A stretch of 43,978 nt of DNA from Hadesarchaea archaeon (GTDB lineage Archaea; Hadarchaeota; Hadarchaeia; Hadarchaeales; WYZ-LMO6). Position 1 is the stretch's first letter. Each line of letters starts with the position of its first letter. The notes under the pieces are model-generated. The model was not told where the DNA came from. It worked only from the letters and a program-made list of their open reading frames with translations, and ran no database searches. Shown in pieces: positions 1-9,564 of this stretch. The stretch spans positions 1-43,978 of the forward strand of contig JAPDJF010000026.1 in NCBI GenBank assembly GCA_029259185.1, given 5' to 3'. Made by a program: the position numbers and the translations under genes.

Positions 1-405
1 CTCGCCAGTCGATCTTTGTACTCCACCACAACTGCATCTATCTCGCCCCTTCTGGCGAGTTCGAACAGCTTCTTCAATCCCTTCCTGTTCTCGTTCACTC
101 CAGAAGCCACATCTTCGATTACATCGACGACTTCCAGTTTGTTTGTTACGCAGTAGCTCAGCAGCCTTTCTCTCTGCCTGTTCAGGTTCCCGGCATCCTG
201 CTGTTTCTTTGCCGAGACCCTCGCGTAAATGGCCACTCCGGTGGGTCTTCTTTCTATAATACCCATCAATCTGTCCAGCTCCGCCTTCTCCACGATGTTT
301 TCCAATCCTCACTCCCCTTATCACTCCTTGATCGATGTACTTCCGTAGCGTATGGGGGTGTAATCCCGTGTACTCGGCGGCCTCCTTCATTCTCATTAGT
401 GCCAT
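1..405 (-). pseudogene. tnpA: IS607-family serine-recombinase transposase TnpA, 5' part, frameshifted; runs off the left edge
   Basis: Manual translation from the ATG at 405 gives the HTH region [38 protein letters not shown]. After a +1 shift near 295 it continues IVEKAELDRLMG...VAIYARVSAKKQQDAGNLNRQRERL...DVASGVNENRKGLKKLF...VVVEYKDRLA. The YARVS catalytic motif and DRLA are typical of IS607 TnpA. Confidence 0.88.
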
Positions 406-498
406 CAATTTGTATTAGTATTTGTGAAGTTATCGGCAACTGTTACTCACCTCCCGAAAGCTAGCTTTAACTACACCGCCGGGGTTTGGAGGTTTGGA

Positions 499-1098
499 AT
501 GAAAATAGGGGTACTCGGACTCCAGGGTGCTGTTTCGGAACACCTCTCTGCGACAAAACGAGCGATGGACTCGCTCGGCATCCGAGGAGAGGTAAGATGG
601 GTCAGCCACAGGGATCACATTGACGGGTTGGATGGTCTCATACTCCCGGGAGGAGAGAGCACAACCATCGGAAGGCTTATGGCCACCACCGGTCTCCTCC
701 AAGAGATCAAGGACGCGGTGGAGAAGGGACTCCCCATCCTCGGAACTTGTGCTGGACTCATCTTGATGGCGAAGGAGGGTGATAAACATGTTGAGAGGAC
801 CAAGCAACCCCTTCTCCGCGTGATGGATATCAAGATCATCAGGAACGCGTTCGGAAGACAGAGAGAATCATTCGAGGTGGATATTCCAATCCGGGGACTG
901 AAGGGTAAACCCTTCAGGGCCGTGTTCATCCGGGCCCCTGCAATAGAACGTCTGTGGGGTGGGGCCGAGTCGCTGGCCGAGCTGGAGGGAAGAACGGTAG
1001 CGGCGAAACAGGGGAGGATGTTAGCGTTCTGTTTCCACCCGGAGCTAACGGAAGATACTAGGATACACGAGTGGTTTCTTGAACTCTGCAAGGGATGA
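499..1098 (+). CDS. pdxT: Pyridoxal 5'-phosphate synthase glutaminase subunit
   Basis: Motifs MKIGVLGLQG, PGGESTT, GTCAG nucleophile, RNAFGRQRESF and FHPE. GGAGGT RBS lies before the ATG at 499. Confidence 0.95.
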   Translation: MKIGVLGLQGAVSEHLSATKRAMDSLGIRGEVRWVSHRDHIDGLDGLILPGGESTTIGRLMATTGLLQEIKDAVEKGLPILGTCAGLILMAKEGDKHVERTKQPLLRVMDIKIIRNAFGRQRESFEVDIPIRGLKGKPFRAVFIRAPAIERLWGGAESLAELEGRTVAAKQGRMLAFCFHPELTEDTRIHEWFLELCKG

Positions 1099-1106
1099 AG
1101 TGGGGG

Positions 1107-1304
1107 CTACCGCTTTTTGAATTTCCTTATCCTCAGCTCTTGGGTTTTGGGGTTGACCTCTAGGGAGAGGATATCTCCCGGCTTGAACGGAAATGCGGAA
1201 TCCCTAGCGAGTTCAGTAGGCACATAGATGAAGAATTTGTCGTAGGTACAGCCTCCTGTTCGTGTCGGGCGATTGATCAACCTTCCTCTTCCTGTGAGTA
1301 CCAT
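1107..1304 (-). CDS. Small AbrB/MazE-like (swapped-hairpin) DNA-binding protein, 65 aa
   Basis: YDKFFIYVPTELARDSAFPFKPGDILSLEV...LRI matches the AbrB-like pattern IyiP..a......f..Gd.v.i. Confidence 0.65.
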   Translation of the reverse strand: MVLTGRGRLINRPTRTGGCTYDKFFIYVPTELARDSAFPFKPGDILSLEVNPKTQELRIRKFKKR

Positions 1305-1439
1305 CCCAAAAGCCTCTCGGGAACTTTTTAATACCCCTTTCCGTCTACCATAACTTAACAACACTCCCAGAAAACAAATTGATGACACAAATTTTAAATA
1401 CTTCGTTGCCAATCTCCTCAGTACCAAAACGTGAGAAAC

Positions 1440-1598
1440 ATGCATCGTTCACCAGACCGTGGAACCAAGAGACGTTGCCCTGAGTGTGGGGGTGAATTTC
1501 ACTCAGACATAGGACTCGTGCTCCACCTGCAGAAGGAACACGGGTACGGACGGGCGGATGCTTGGGAGATAGTGCATGGGGAGAGGGCCAAAAGCTGA
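1440..1598 (+). CDS. C2H2 zinc-finger microprotein, 52 aa (not in ORF track)
   Basis: MHRSPDRGTKRRCPECGGEFHSDIGLVLHLQKEHGYGRADAWEIVHGERAKS has the C-x2-C-x3-F-x5-L-x2-H-x4-H pattern. An AT-rich TTTTAAATA lies upstream at about 1391. Confidence 0.7.
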   Translation: MHRSPDRGTKRRCPECGGEFHSDIGLVLHLQKEHGYGRADAWEIVHGERAKS

Positions 1599-1610
1599 AT
1601 GTCCCCAGCC

Positions 1611-2375
1611 TCAGTTGAAACTCACCAAGCGATACTTTCCTTTACACAGGCCAGTTAATTCCTCAGCCTTCTTAACCGCATCATCGAAGCTACCTATCTC
1701 GTCGACCAGTTTCAATGCCAAAGCGTCGACCCCGTAGAGGGTGGAACCGTCCGTGAGGGAGTCGATCACGTTCTCCAGTTGTGGCCGATTTCGCTTTATG
1801 CGCTTCACAACCTCATCCAACAGGTTCTCCACAAGCTCTTGGAGGTACTCGTTCTCCTCAGGGGTCGGACTGCGATACCACGCCCCCAGATCCTTCATCG
1901 GTCCCGTGACCCATCGGTAGTACCTTATTCCCTCCTTCTCAAGCCAGTTCTCATAACTCACCCAAATCGCCATCACGCCGAGTCCACCCGTAATGGTCGC
2001 ACTCCGTGCGAAGATGTAGTCCGAGGCCGTCGAGACGAGATACGCTCCGGAGGTCGCGTACTCCCCCATCGCGACGATCACCGGCTTATTTTCGTTAAGC
2101 ATCCTGAGCGCCCTCTCCGTTTCAAAACAGGCTTGTACACTCCCCCCCGAACTGTCTACATCTAGGATCACCGCCTTAACGGTAGGATCGCCTAATGCAT
2201 CCCGTGCCAAATCGGCGTAACCGAAATCGTTTATCTCCCCCCTTATGTGAATGACAGCTATCTTCGTGGGGCTCGCCCGATAGGCATCTAGAACCGCGAG
2301 CCCTAAGGAGAGGAGAAGCAAAGCAGCGACAAGTCCCCATGCGTATTTCTTCCACACTTTCCTAGTTCTCCTCAC
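1611..2375 (-). CDS. sppA: Signal peptide peptidase SppA (S49 family)
   Basis: N-terminal TM helix, DSSGGS, ATSGAY and ITGGLGV motifs. Start placed at GTG 2375 and is approximate. Confidence 0.85.
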   Translation of the reverse strand: MRRTRKVWKKYAWGLVAALLLLSLGLAVLDAYRASPTKIAVIHIRGEINDFGYADLARDALGDPTVKAVILDVDSSGGSVQACFETERALRMLNENKPVIVAMGEYATSGAYLVSTASDYIFARSATITGGLGVMAIWVSYENWLEKEGIRYYRWVTGPMKDLGAWYRSPTPEENEYLQELVENLLDEVVKRIKRNRPQLENVIDSLTDGSTLYGVDALALKLVDEIGSFDDAVKKAEELTGLCKGKYRLVSFN

Positions 2376-2558
2376 CTTTCCACCTATGAGCCTAACCTTC
2401 CTTGATGTCTTGAGATAGAAACCGACGTGCCCCGCGTGAACTCCACCCACGAGAAAAACGGGAATTCGCTCGTCATCTCAACCTTCATTCACCACCATTT
2501 CGGGAGACCGTCTATAAGCCTTTCCTATGGTGCCCGATCCTTTCCTCAACCAAGGACT

Positions 2559-4949
2559 TCAGTTCGACCCCTGCCCGATCACTTGCTCCACTCGGGTTGG
2601 CTCGTCCTTGTTTTTATCCCGGTAGAAACGGTAGAGGTAACCGCTGACCGCAGCCTCAAGTCGCTCTTCATGGGTTATGAGCAATACCTGGCGGATCAGC
2701 TCGGGCAAGCGTTCCCTGAGAACCTTAGCGAGCTCTTGAATACCCTCCGAGTCCAAATTGTGGGTGGGCTCGTCAAGCACTATCCAGCTCAGTCTCGGTG
2801 CTAGGGCCAAGGCGAAGGCTATTCGCATGACCAAGCACGCGTCGGTTCGCTCTCCGCCGCTCGCTACTCCTTCAACGGGGACCCAGTTCCCCCTCCGGTC
2901 TCTGAGCTCCAGCACGTAATCTCCCTTCGCCCCGACTGAAAGCCTCACCGAGGTATAATCCCCGTAGGGGTAAATTCCATCCCACAGATCGGCCATCGTC
3001 TGATTAACCAAATCGACGAACCTAACACGCATCGCCACCTGGGTTCTAGAGAGTGCCGTCTGGATGAGGTTCAGTGCGGTGGCGGCTTCGCTGAAGTATC
3101 TCGCCTCCACCTCACTCCTCCTGAGTGAAAAGACTTTATCCTCGATGCTTTTTATCAGCCTCTTGCGCTCTTCCACCAGCTTCTCTTTCCCCCTGATGTC
3201 TGCTTCGATCGCCCCCACTCGGCTTATGAGCCTCTCCCGGGCTTCCTTCAGCTCTCTCAGCTTAGACTCACTGTACGTCTTCTTGATCTCCCAGATCTCT
3301 CGTTGGAGGTTCAACCCTTCTGCCTTCTTTCTCCTCAACTCCGCCTCCTGTCTTTGCAGATCGGAGCGGAGTTCCAGCTTCGACTTCAGATCCGACAAAC
3401 GAGTGCGGGTGTCCTCGACTCGTCCACGCACGCGCTGGAGTCTTGCCCTCAGATCCTCCACCGCCACCCTCTCCTCGCGCAGCTCCTCGTTCACCTTCCT
3501 TTGACTCTCGAGCACCTGCCCGTGTTCCTCCAAGACTCGAGGGAGGTCATCCACCTCTCTCATCATCGTCCTCACCTTCTCCTGGAGTTCGAGTTTCTCG
3601 CCGAGTGCTCTCTCCAGCCTCAAGCACTCAGCCTCGAGGACGGGGATCCTCTTCTTCTTCTCGTCCACCTCACGCCGCCGCCTCTCCATCAAACTCCGCT
3701 TTTTCCCTTCCTCCAAGGGAGACTCACACACGGGGCACGTCGACCCGGCCTCTGCTAGCTCTTCCACACTCGACTCCAGCTCGTTCACCCTCTCCCTCGT
3801 GGAGGTGAGTTCAACCCTGAGGGAGTTGAGTTCCGACCGGATTCTCTCTATCGAGGCGGATAGCTCATCCACCCCGATCTCCTTGAGTTTTCTCTCGATC
3901 CTCCGCTTCTCCTCCATTTCGTGCTCGAGTCTTCTCCGGTTCTCCTCGAGCATGCTCAACCTAGCCTCAAGCTTTCCCACCTTGGACATGGCGGAGTTGA
4001 GTTCCGAATTCAGCTCCGCCTCCTCTCTCAGAGCCTCCGAGCTGGCACGCTCCGCTTCCCGATACTCCCTCTCCAGCTCATCCATTCCCACCTCGATCGC
4101 TGGGCCGAGCTTCGCCCTTATCTCATCCACCCTGCGCTTCAGGGTACGGATCTCCCCCTCCTTCCCATCCATAGCTCGTTCGAGCTCTCCCAGCCTGCGC
4201 CCGGCATCTTCCATCTCTCTCAACGGTGCCTCGATCTCTTCCAGTTTAGACCGAAGTTCCCGGAAGCGACTTTTGGCCTCCTCTAGGGACGCTTCGAGGT
4301 TCTTAGCCTCCTCGACGTAGGTCGGGAGGAGGGCTATCGAGGAATCTTGACGGAGCTGGGCCGCTAACCTTTCCCTATCCTGGGCCCTGTCCGCGAGTCC
4401 CCTTGAGAGGGAGCCCAGCCTCCTACGTGCCTCCTCAAGCTTGTCCATCCCCATCAGCTCGTCTATCTTCTCCCTCCTCTTCCCCACCGGGAGGATCAGG
4501 AAGAGATCCAGCCTATTCTGCTGAGCGTACACGGCCCTCTCGAATAGGTCATAGTCCATCCCTAGCAATGACTGGACGAGCTCAGTCACCCTGCTCGAAC
4601 TCGGGCTCTCTATTACCCCTCCGTTGACCTTTCTCAGCTCGGAGAATGCGGTTCCTTCCCCCCTCCTTATCACCCTCTTGACCACGTACTCCTCCCCCTC
4701 GGGGGTGACGAAACCCACCTCCACCTCAGACGATTCCGCGGGCTCGGGCTTGCCCCTGATGAGATCCTCGAGTTTGATCTTCCTCATTTTGACATCGGGG
4801 GTCGTTCCGAAGAGGCCCATCGTTATCGCCTCTAGCACGCTACTCTTCCCCGTCCCCATCCCTCCGACAAGGATGTTGGTACCATCCCCGAACCTGAGCT
4901 CGGTGTCCCGGTGAGATCTCCAATTCTTGAGCCTCACGTAGGTTATCAT
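2559..4949 (-). CDS. rad50: DNA double-strand-break repair ATPase Rad50
   Basis: Walker A GGMGTGKSS, Q-loop, long coiled coil with a CPVC zinc hook, SGGE signature and LDEPT Walker B. Coupled to mre11. Confidence 0.93.
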   Translation of the reverse strand: MITYVRLKNWRSHRDTELRFGDGTNILVGGMGTGKSSVLEAITMGLFGTTPDVKMRKIKLEDLIRGKPEPAESSEVEVGFVTPEGEEYVVKRVIRRGEGTAFSELRKVNGGVIESPSSSRVTELVQSLLGMDYDLFERAVYAQQNRLDLFLILPVGKRREKIDELMGMDKLEEARRRLGSLSRGLADRAQDRERLAAQLRQDSSIALLPTYVEEAKNLEASLEEAKSRFRELRSKLEEIEAPLREMEDAGRRLGELERAMDGKEGEIRTLKRRVDEIRAKLGPAIEVGMDELEREYREAERASSEALREEAELNSELNSAMSKVGKLEARLSMLEENRRRLEHEMEEKRRIERKLKEIGVDELSASIERIRSELNSLRVELTSTRERVNELESSVEELAEAGSTCPVCESPLEEGKKRSLMERRRREVDEKKKRIPVLEAECLRLERALGEKLELQEKVRTMMREVDDLPRVLEEHGQVLESQRKVNEELREERVAVEDLRARLQRVRGRVEDTRTRLSDLKSKLELRSDLQRQEAELRRKKAEGLNLQREIWEIKKTYSESKLRELKEARERLISRVGAIEADIRGKEKLVEERKRLIKSIEDKVFSLRRSEVEARYFSEAATALNLIQTALSRTQVAMRVRFVDLVNQTMADLWDGIYPYGDYTSVRLSVGAKGDYVLELRDRRGNWVPVEGVASGGERTDACLVMRIAFALALAPRLSWIVLDEPTHNLDSEGIQELAKVLRERLPELIRQVLLITHEERLEAAVSGYLYRFYRDKNKDEPTRVEQVIGQGSN

Positions 4950-6232
4950 CTCCCCACCCCCTTCAGCTCGATCTCGACCAGCTTGCTCACCACCTCCATC
5001 ACCCTCTCTCTGGCTTCGTCCTCCCTTCCCTCGACCAGCAGCCCATAGAGGGTTCTCACGTCCAGTGGATAGGAATACCCAAGCTCCCTGAGGTTGGAGT
5101 CGAGAAGCGAAACCGCTATTTCCTCCATCGAGCGGGCATCCTTCAGTTCCCTCAGCATCTCTATCCTCTCACGCAGCCCCGGGGAGACGAGTTCATCCTT
5201 ACTTATGCTCACTATCGCGCGATCGGAGAGCTCGTCCACAACGGACCGCTCGTCGAAGTCGCTCTTCGATGTCTCCCTCGAAAGGGTTCCTTTCAGTCTG
5301 AGCCGTACGAGGGGGAGCTTCTGGAGGTTGCGCCTCTCCCCAGAGAGCATCTCCCCGATCTTCCTCCTGATTGCTTCGTTCAGGGTGGGCAGATCCACAC
5401 CGTCGAAATTCATCTCCGCATAGAAGAAGTCTCTGGGACTCTTCAGCTCGATGAACTCGTAGCGGGTCTCCTCACCCACATCCACCATGTAAAAACCCTT
5501 TCTGCTCTCCGCCTCAACCTGCAACAGCTGAGTACGTTCGATACTCCCAGGAAACAGCAGGGGTTTTCCACCCACAGAGGACTCCGCCCGATAGTGCACA
5601 TGTCCACAGAGATACATGTCGAACCCTCTAGGAAGATCCTCGGGAGATATGGTGGGTCTTTCCTCCGTCGAGTACACGTACTGACCAACGGACTGGTGGA
5701 GCATCAGGACGTTGAACGCTCCCTCGACGGGTTTGGGATTCCAAGTGTCCAGGATGCTCTTCGCCTGCCTCTCGGGAACGTTGCTCATCCCGTGAACGGC
5801 GAGGATCCCCTCGGGAGTCTCCAACACAACCGCACTTGTGTGGAGGTGGATGAGGATTCCCGCCGCTTCCAGCGCCTCCACCGGATTCGTGAGCCCCCCA
5901 ACCCTGCGCTCGTGATTCCCGTGGATGGCTACCATAGGTACCCCACGGAGCGCAAGGGGAGAAATATCCGCTGGATCCTTTGCAAGGGTCTCCCTCAGCT
6001 TGACCTCGCCCCTCCCCCTCGCCAAATGAGAGGTTAGCACTCTCAGCGCTCTCGCCCAGATCTCCTGTTTGGGAATCCTCGCGTCAAAGATGTCCCCCAG
6101 CATCAAAATCACTTGGGCACCACGTTCGACCGCGAGCTCAAGCGCTTCCTTCAGCTGGTCAAAGGAGTCCTCACCCCTAGGAGTCCCCCACTTCACCCCC
6201 AAGTGGGCATCCCCTATTACTGCAAACTTCAA
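4946..6232 (-). CDS. mre11: DNA repair nuclease Mre11
   Basis: Phosphoesterase motifs GDAHLG, GDIFD, GNHE, HQ and GHVH. Probable TTG start at 6232; overlaps the rad50 start (ATGA). Confidence 0.92.
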   Translation of the reverse strand: MKFAVIGDAHLGVKWGTPRGEDSFDQLKEALELAVERGAQVILMLGDIFDARIPKQEIWARALRVLTSHLARGRGEVKLRETLAKDPADISPLALRGVPMVAIHGNHERRVGGLTNPVEALEAAGILIHLHTSAVVLETPEGILAVHGMSNVPERQAKSILDTWNPKPVEGAFNVLMLHQSVGQYVYSTEERPTISPEDLPRGFDMYLCGHVHYRAESSVGGKPLLFPGSIERTQLLQVEAESRKGFYMVDVGEETRYEFIELKSPRDFFYAEMNFDGVDLPTLNEAIRRKIGEMLSGERRNLQKLPLVRLRLKGTLSRETSKSDFDERSVVDELSDRAIVSISKDELVSPGLRERIEMLRELKDARSMEEIAVSLLDSNLRELGYSYPLDVRTLYGLLVEGREDEARERVMEVVSKLVEIELKGVGR

Positions 6233-6315
6233 AATACCACCATCAAAGTTTTCCCCGAATCGTTTTGAAGTTTTCCCAGTCCAACGTTTTATGACCAAAA
6301 ACTTATGATTAAAGG

Positions 6316-7545
6316 ATGTTTTCCCCTTGGACCGAAAAGTACAAGCCATCGAAATTAAGCGAAGTTGTGGATCAGGGGCAAGCGGTCAAGGCTGTAATGG
6401 AGTGGGCGAGGGGGTGGGAAAGGGGAAAGCCTGCCAAACCCGCCCTCCTGCTCTACGGTCCACCAGGCTCAGGCAAAACCACCATAGCGGAGGCCCTAGC
6501 CAAGGAGTTCGGATGGGACTCGATCCAGCTGAACGCGAGCGACAAGCGTACCTTCGAGGTGCTCAAGCGAGTCGCGGGGGAAGCTGCGACCACGGGAACC
6601 CTCTTTGAGGGGGCTGGGGGGAGAAGACTCGTGATCCTGGACGAGGCTGACAACATTCATTCCCGCTCCGATTTAGGGGGGTACAGAGCGGTGAGGGAGG
6701 TCCTCGGGAGAACCACGAATCCCATCATCCTCATAGCGAACGATCGCAGGGCAATACCCTCCGAGATCCTGAACTCGTGCCTGCAGGTGAACTTGAGACG
6801 TCTCTCACCCCAATCCATCGAAAGAGCCCTCGAGCGGATATGTGAAATGGAAGGAATAGAAGCAGAACCCCTAGCGCTGAAACGGATAGCCGAGGCCTCC
6901 CGGGGTGATCTCAGGGCTGCCATAAATGACCTCCAGACATCGGCCACCGGGAAGAAGAGGTGCGCGATAAGGGATCTCGCCCTATACCTCAGGGATATGG
7001 AATCCAACGTGTTCCAAGTATTAGGAGGAATCCTCCACGCATCCTCGGTTGGGGAGGCGAGGAGAATCCTCTGGAGCCTCGATATGCCTCCAGACGAAGC
7101 GATAGGGTGGATAAGCGAGAACGCACCGCTCCTCGCCAAGAACCCCCTCGATAGAGCCAGGATCTATGAGGCCCTTTCGAGGGCGGATATCTTCCTCTCC
7201 AGGGCGAGGAGGAAGCAAGTGTACGGACTCTGGGGATACGCCTCCGACCTCATGGCCGCCGGACCTTCGATCCTGAGGGATGGAGAAACCGTGAGCAGGA
7301 GGCTCCAAGTACCGAGTTCAGCCATCGCTTACAGACAAACTAGAGGGGAGAGAACCTTCCGGGAAAGCGTGGCGAGGAAAGTGGCCTCCCGGTGTCACAC
7401 CTCTTCAAGGGTAGCTCGTAAGCACTTCCTCAAATATCTGGGGGTCATCCTGAAGCACGATAGGAAGAGGGGGAGGGCCATAGCGGAAGAGCTTGAACTC
7501 ACCGAGGGGGAGGCAGAGTACCTCAAGTCGGTGGTGGATCTCTGA
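6316..7545 (+). CDS. rfcL: Replication factor C large subunit
   Basis: PWTEKYKP, GPPGSGKT, LNASD, LDEAD and GDLRAAINDL motifs, plus the RFC-L C-terminal LSRADIF motif. Confidence 0.93.
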   Translation: MFSPWTEKYKPSKLSEVVDQGQAVKAVMEWARGWERGKPAKPALLLYGPPGSGKTTIAEALAKEFGWDSIQLNASDKRTFEVLKRVAGEAATTGTLFEGAGGRRLVILDEADNIHSRSDLGGYRAVREVLGRTTNPIILIANDRRAIPSEILNSCLQVNLRRLSPQSIERALERICEMEGIEAEPLALKRIAEASRGDLRAAINDLQTSATGKKRCAIRDLALYLRDMESNVFQVLGGILHASSVGEARRILWSLDMPPDEAIGWISENAPLLAKNPLDRARIYEALSRADIFLSRARRKQVYGLWGYASDLMAAGPSILRDGETVSRRLQVPSSAIAYRQTRGERTFRESVARKVASRCHTSSRVARKHFLKYLGVILKHDRKRGRAIAEELELTEGEAEYLKSVVDL

Positions 7546-8633
7546 AGATCGTCAAGAAGCTCCAGCTCGGAAGGCTAGCAACCGATCTCCCGAACCGGAG
7601 GCTTCCCGTCTACAACTGGTTCCCTATGAAGGAGGCATTCTCCAGGGATCTCGTTGTGATGCTCATCCGTGGATTTTATCTGGGGAAGGGGAACTCGGTC
7701 TTGGATCCGTTCTGCGGAGTGGGCACCACCCTGCTCGCGTGCAAGGAATTGGGGGTCGATTGCTGGGGATACGATGTCCACCCCCTCATGCTCTTCGTCT
7801 CCCGCGTCAAGCTCGGGGAGTACGACGTCCGCGAGCTGGAGGAGGTGTCGAGGGTTCTACTCGCCGCCCCCTTCGAAAGGCCAGAAGTTCGAGCTTCCGA
7901 TTTCCTCCGGAGGTTCTTCCCGCAACACGTGCTGGAGGACATCTTCTTCTTCAAGGGGAAGATAGAGGAAATCGGTAGCGGAGCGATAAGGGATTTCTTG
8001 CTCACCGCCCTTGTGGGTGCGGCGATGGAATGCACGTGGGCACGGAGAGATGGGGCGGCGGTGAAAGTGAGGATGAGGAAACTCCCACCGTTGAGGGAAG
8101 TCCTGTCCCGGAGGTTGAGCTGGATGCGCGACGACGTGGAGAGACTTGGGGTCAAGAGGGCGAGCATCACGGTAAAGGAGTGCGACGCGAGACGGATGGA
8201 TGCCGATGACGAAACGTTCGACGCCGTGATCACCTCCCCCCCCTACCTCGGAAAGTTCGAGTACGCGAGGGCGTATCGTGTGGAGGAGGAGATCCTCGGG
8301 CTCGAGCCCCCCTCGCCGGAGAAGCTTCTGGGTTCCCCCAAGAACCCAGAGGAGGTCGCGGATCCGGAACTCTATTTCAACGACCTATCGAAAGTCGTGA
8401 ATGAAATGTACAGGGTGTGCAAACCCGGGGCAGATGTCGCGCTCTTGGCCTCGGACGGGTGTTTCCCCAAGCGAGGGGTAGTGGAAGTTTGCCAGCCCCT
8501 CCGAACGATGGCGGAAAGGGCAGGATTTAAGACTAGGCGAGCACTCGTGATCAATCGCAGGTTCTGCACCTCCCCCTCCAGACGCAAGCTCGGGATTTCC
8601 CAAGAGTACATCTTCCTCTTGAGGAAGCCGTGA
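7542..8633 (+). CDS. Orphan amino-DNA methyltransferase (probably m4C, alpha-type motif order)
   Basis: DPFCGVGTT (motif I) precedes ITSPPY (motif IV). The frame is open upstream of ATG 7626 through the conserved-looking PVYNWFPMKEAFS to a CTG at 7542 that overlaps the rfcL stop. Confidence 0.8.
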   Translation: MKIVKKLQLGRLATDLPNRRLPVYNWFPMKEAFSRDLVVMLIRGFYLGKGNSVLDPFCGVGTTLLACKELGVDCWGYDVHPLMLFVSRVKLGEYDVRELEEVSRVLLAAPFERPEVRASDFLRRFFPQHVLEDIFFFKGKIEEIGSGAIRDFLLTALVGAAMECTWARRDGAAVKVRMRKLPPLREVLSRRLSWMRDDVERLGVKRASITVKECDARRMDADDETFDAVITSPPYLGKFEYARAYRVEEEILGLEPPSPEKLLGSPKNPEEVADPELYFNDLSKVVNEMYRVCKPGADVALLASDGCFPKRGVVEVCQPLRTMAERAGFKTRRALVINRRFCTSPSRRKLGISQEYIFLLRKP

Positions 8634-8640
8634 GGAGTCC

Positions 8641-9564
8641 TCAGCCACCTTTGAAGTATGGCTCCCTAAGCTCCACGGCACGTCTGAACGCTTCCCTAAC
8701 TCCATCCCCGTCGCCCTCCCTCAGAGGGGAAAGCACATCTACTAAGTTGTCGTTGCGCATCAGACACGGTTTCAGGTAGCCGTCGTGAGTCAGTCTCAGG
8801 CGGGTGCAGTGGGCGCAGAACTCTGAGTTGTGCATAGGTCTCACGACCTCGACCTCTCCGCCCTCCAGGCGGTACACCCTCCTAGCCTGCATCTCGTTCC
8901 GCGTTCTCACCTCGAGCGCAACGCTTTCGAATTCCTGCTCAAGGGATCTCAGATCGAAGTGGAAATGGTCGTACACCCATGGAGGGGAATCGGGAAGGCG
9001 GATCAGCTCGAGGAGCTGAAGCATCACCCCCTTCCTTCGAGTGAACTCTATCATCCGCCCCACCTCTCGCTCGTTCACCCCCTTGAGCACAAGCATGTTC
9101 AGCTTTAGGGGAACCAAGTGTGCATCCAGCGCCGCCTCTATCCCTGCTAGCACCCGATCCAGCGCCTTGACTCCTGTGAGCTTGGCGTACAGCCTTGGGT
9201 CGAGGGTGTCGAGACTCACGTTCACCCTTTTCAGCCCCGCCCGAGCTAATCCCCTTGCCCTCTCAGCGAGCTTCACCCCATTCGTCACCATCGAAACTTC
9301 TTCGATCCCGGGCTGGGTCACGGCAGCTACTATCTCCTCGAGATCGTCCCGCATGAGCGGCTCCCCCCCCGTGAGTTTTATTTTGGATATTCCGAACTCC
9401 GAGCCCACCCGAACGATTTCCCCGATCTCCCCGGCCGTCATTTGCCTATTCCCGCGATCCTGACCCTCCCTGTGACAATACACACACCTCAAGTTACAGA
9501 CGTTCGTGACGGAGATGCGCAGGCTACGTACGGGCCTGCCAAACCTATCCCTCACCGGAACCAT
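8641..9564 (-). CDS. moaA: GTP 3',8-cyclase MoaA
   Basis: DRFGR..LRISVT, CNLRCVYC, TGGEP, FCAHCTRLRLT...PCL and a terminal GG. Confidence 0.95.
   Translation of the reverse strand: MVPVRDRFGRPVRSLRISVTNVCNLRCVYCHREGQDRGNRQMTAGEIGEIVRVGSEFGISKIKLTGGEPLMRDDLEEIVAAVTQPGIEEVSMVTNGVKLAERARGLARAGLKRVNVSLDTLDPRLYAKLTGVKALDRVLAGIEAALDAHLVPLKLNMLVLKGVNEREVGRMIEFTRRKGVMLQLLELIRLPDSPPWVYDHFHFDLRSLEQEFESVALEVRTRNEMQARRVYRLEGGEVEVVRPMHNSEFCAHCTRLRLTHDGYLKPCLMRNDNLVDVLSPLREGDGDGVREAFRRAVELREPYFKGG

Noticed and set aside
424-498. N-terminal extension of PdxT predicted by the ORF track
   Set aside because: It overlaps the IS607 end, and the RBS and family N-terminus (MKIGVL) support the ATG at 499.
3064-4914. 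Numerous Ser/Leu-rich antisense ORFs over rad50 (and similar ones over gatE, glyS, nrdD and the RND gene)
   Set aside because: They are shadows of codon bias in well-supported genes on the opposite strand and carry no motifs.
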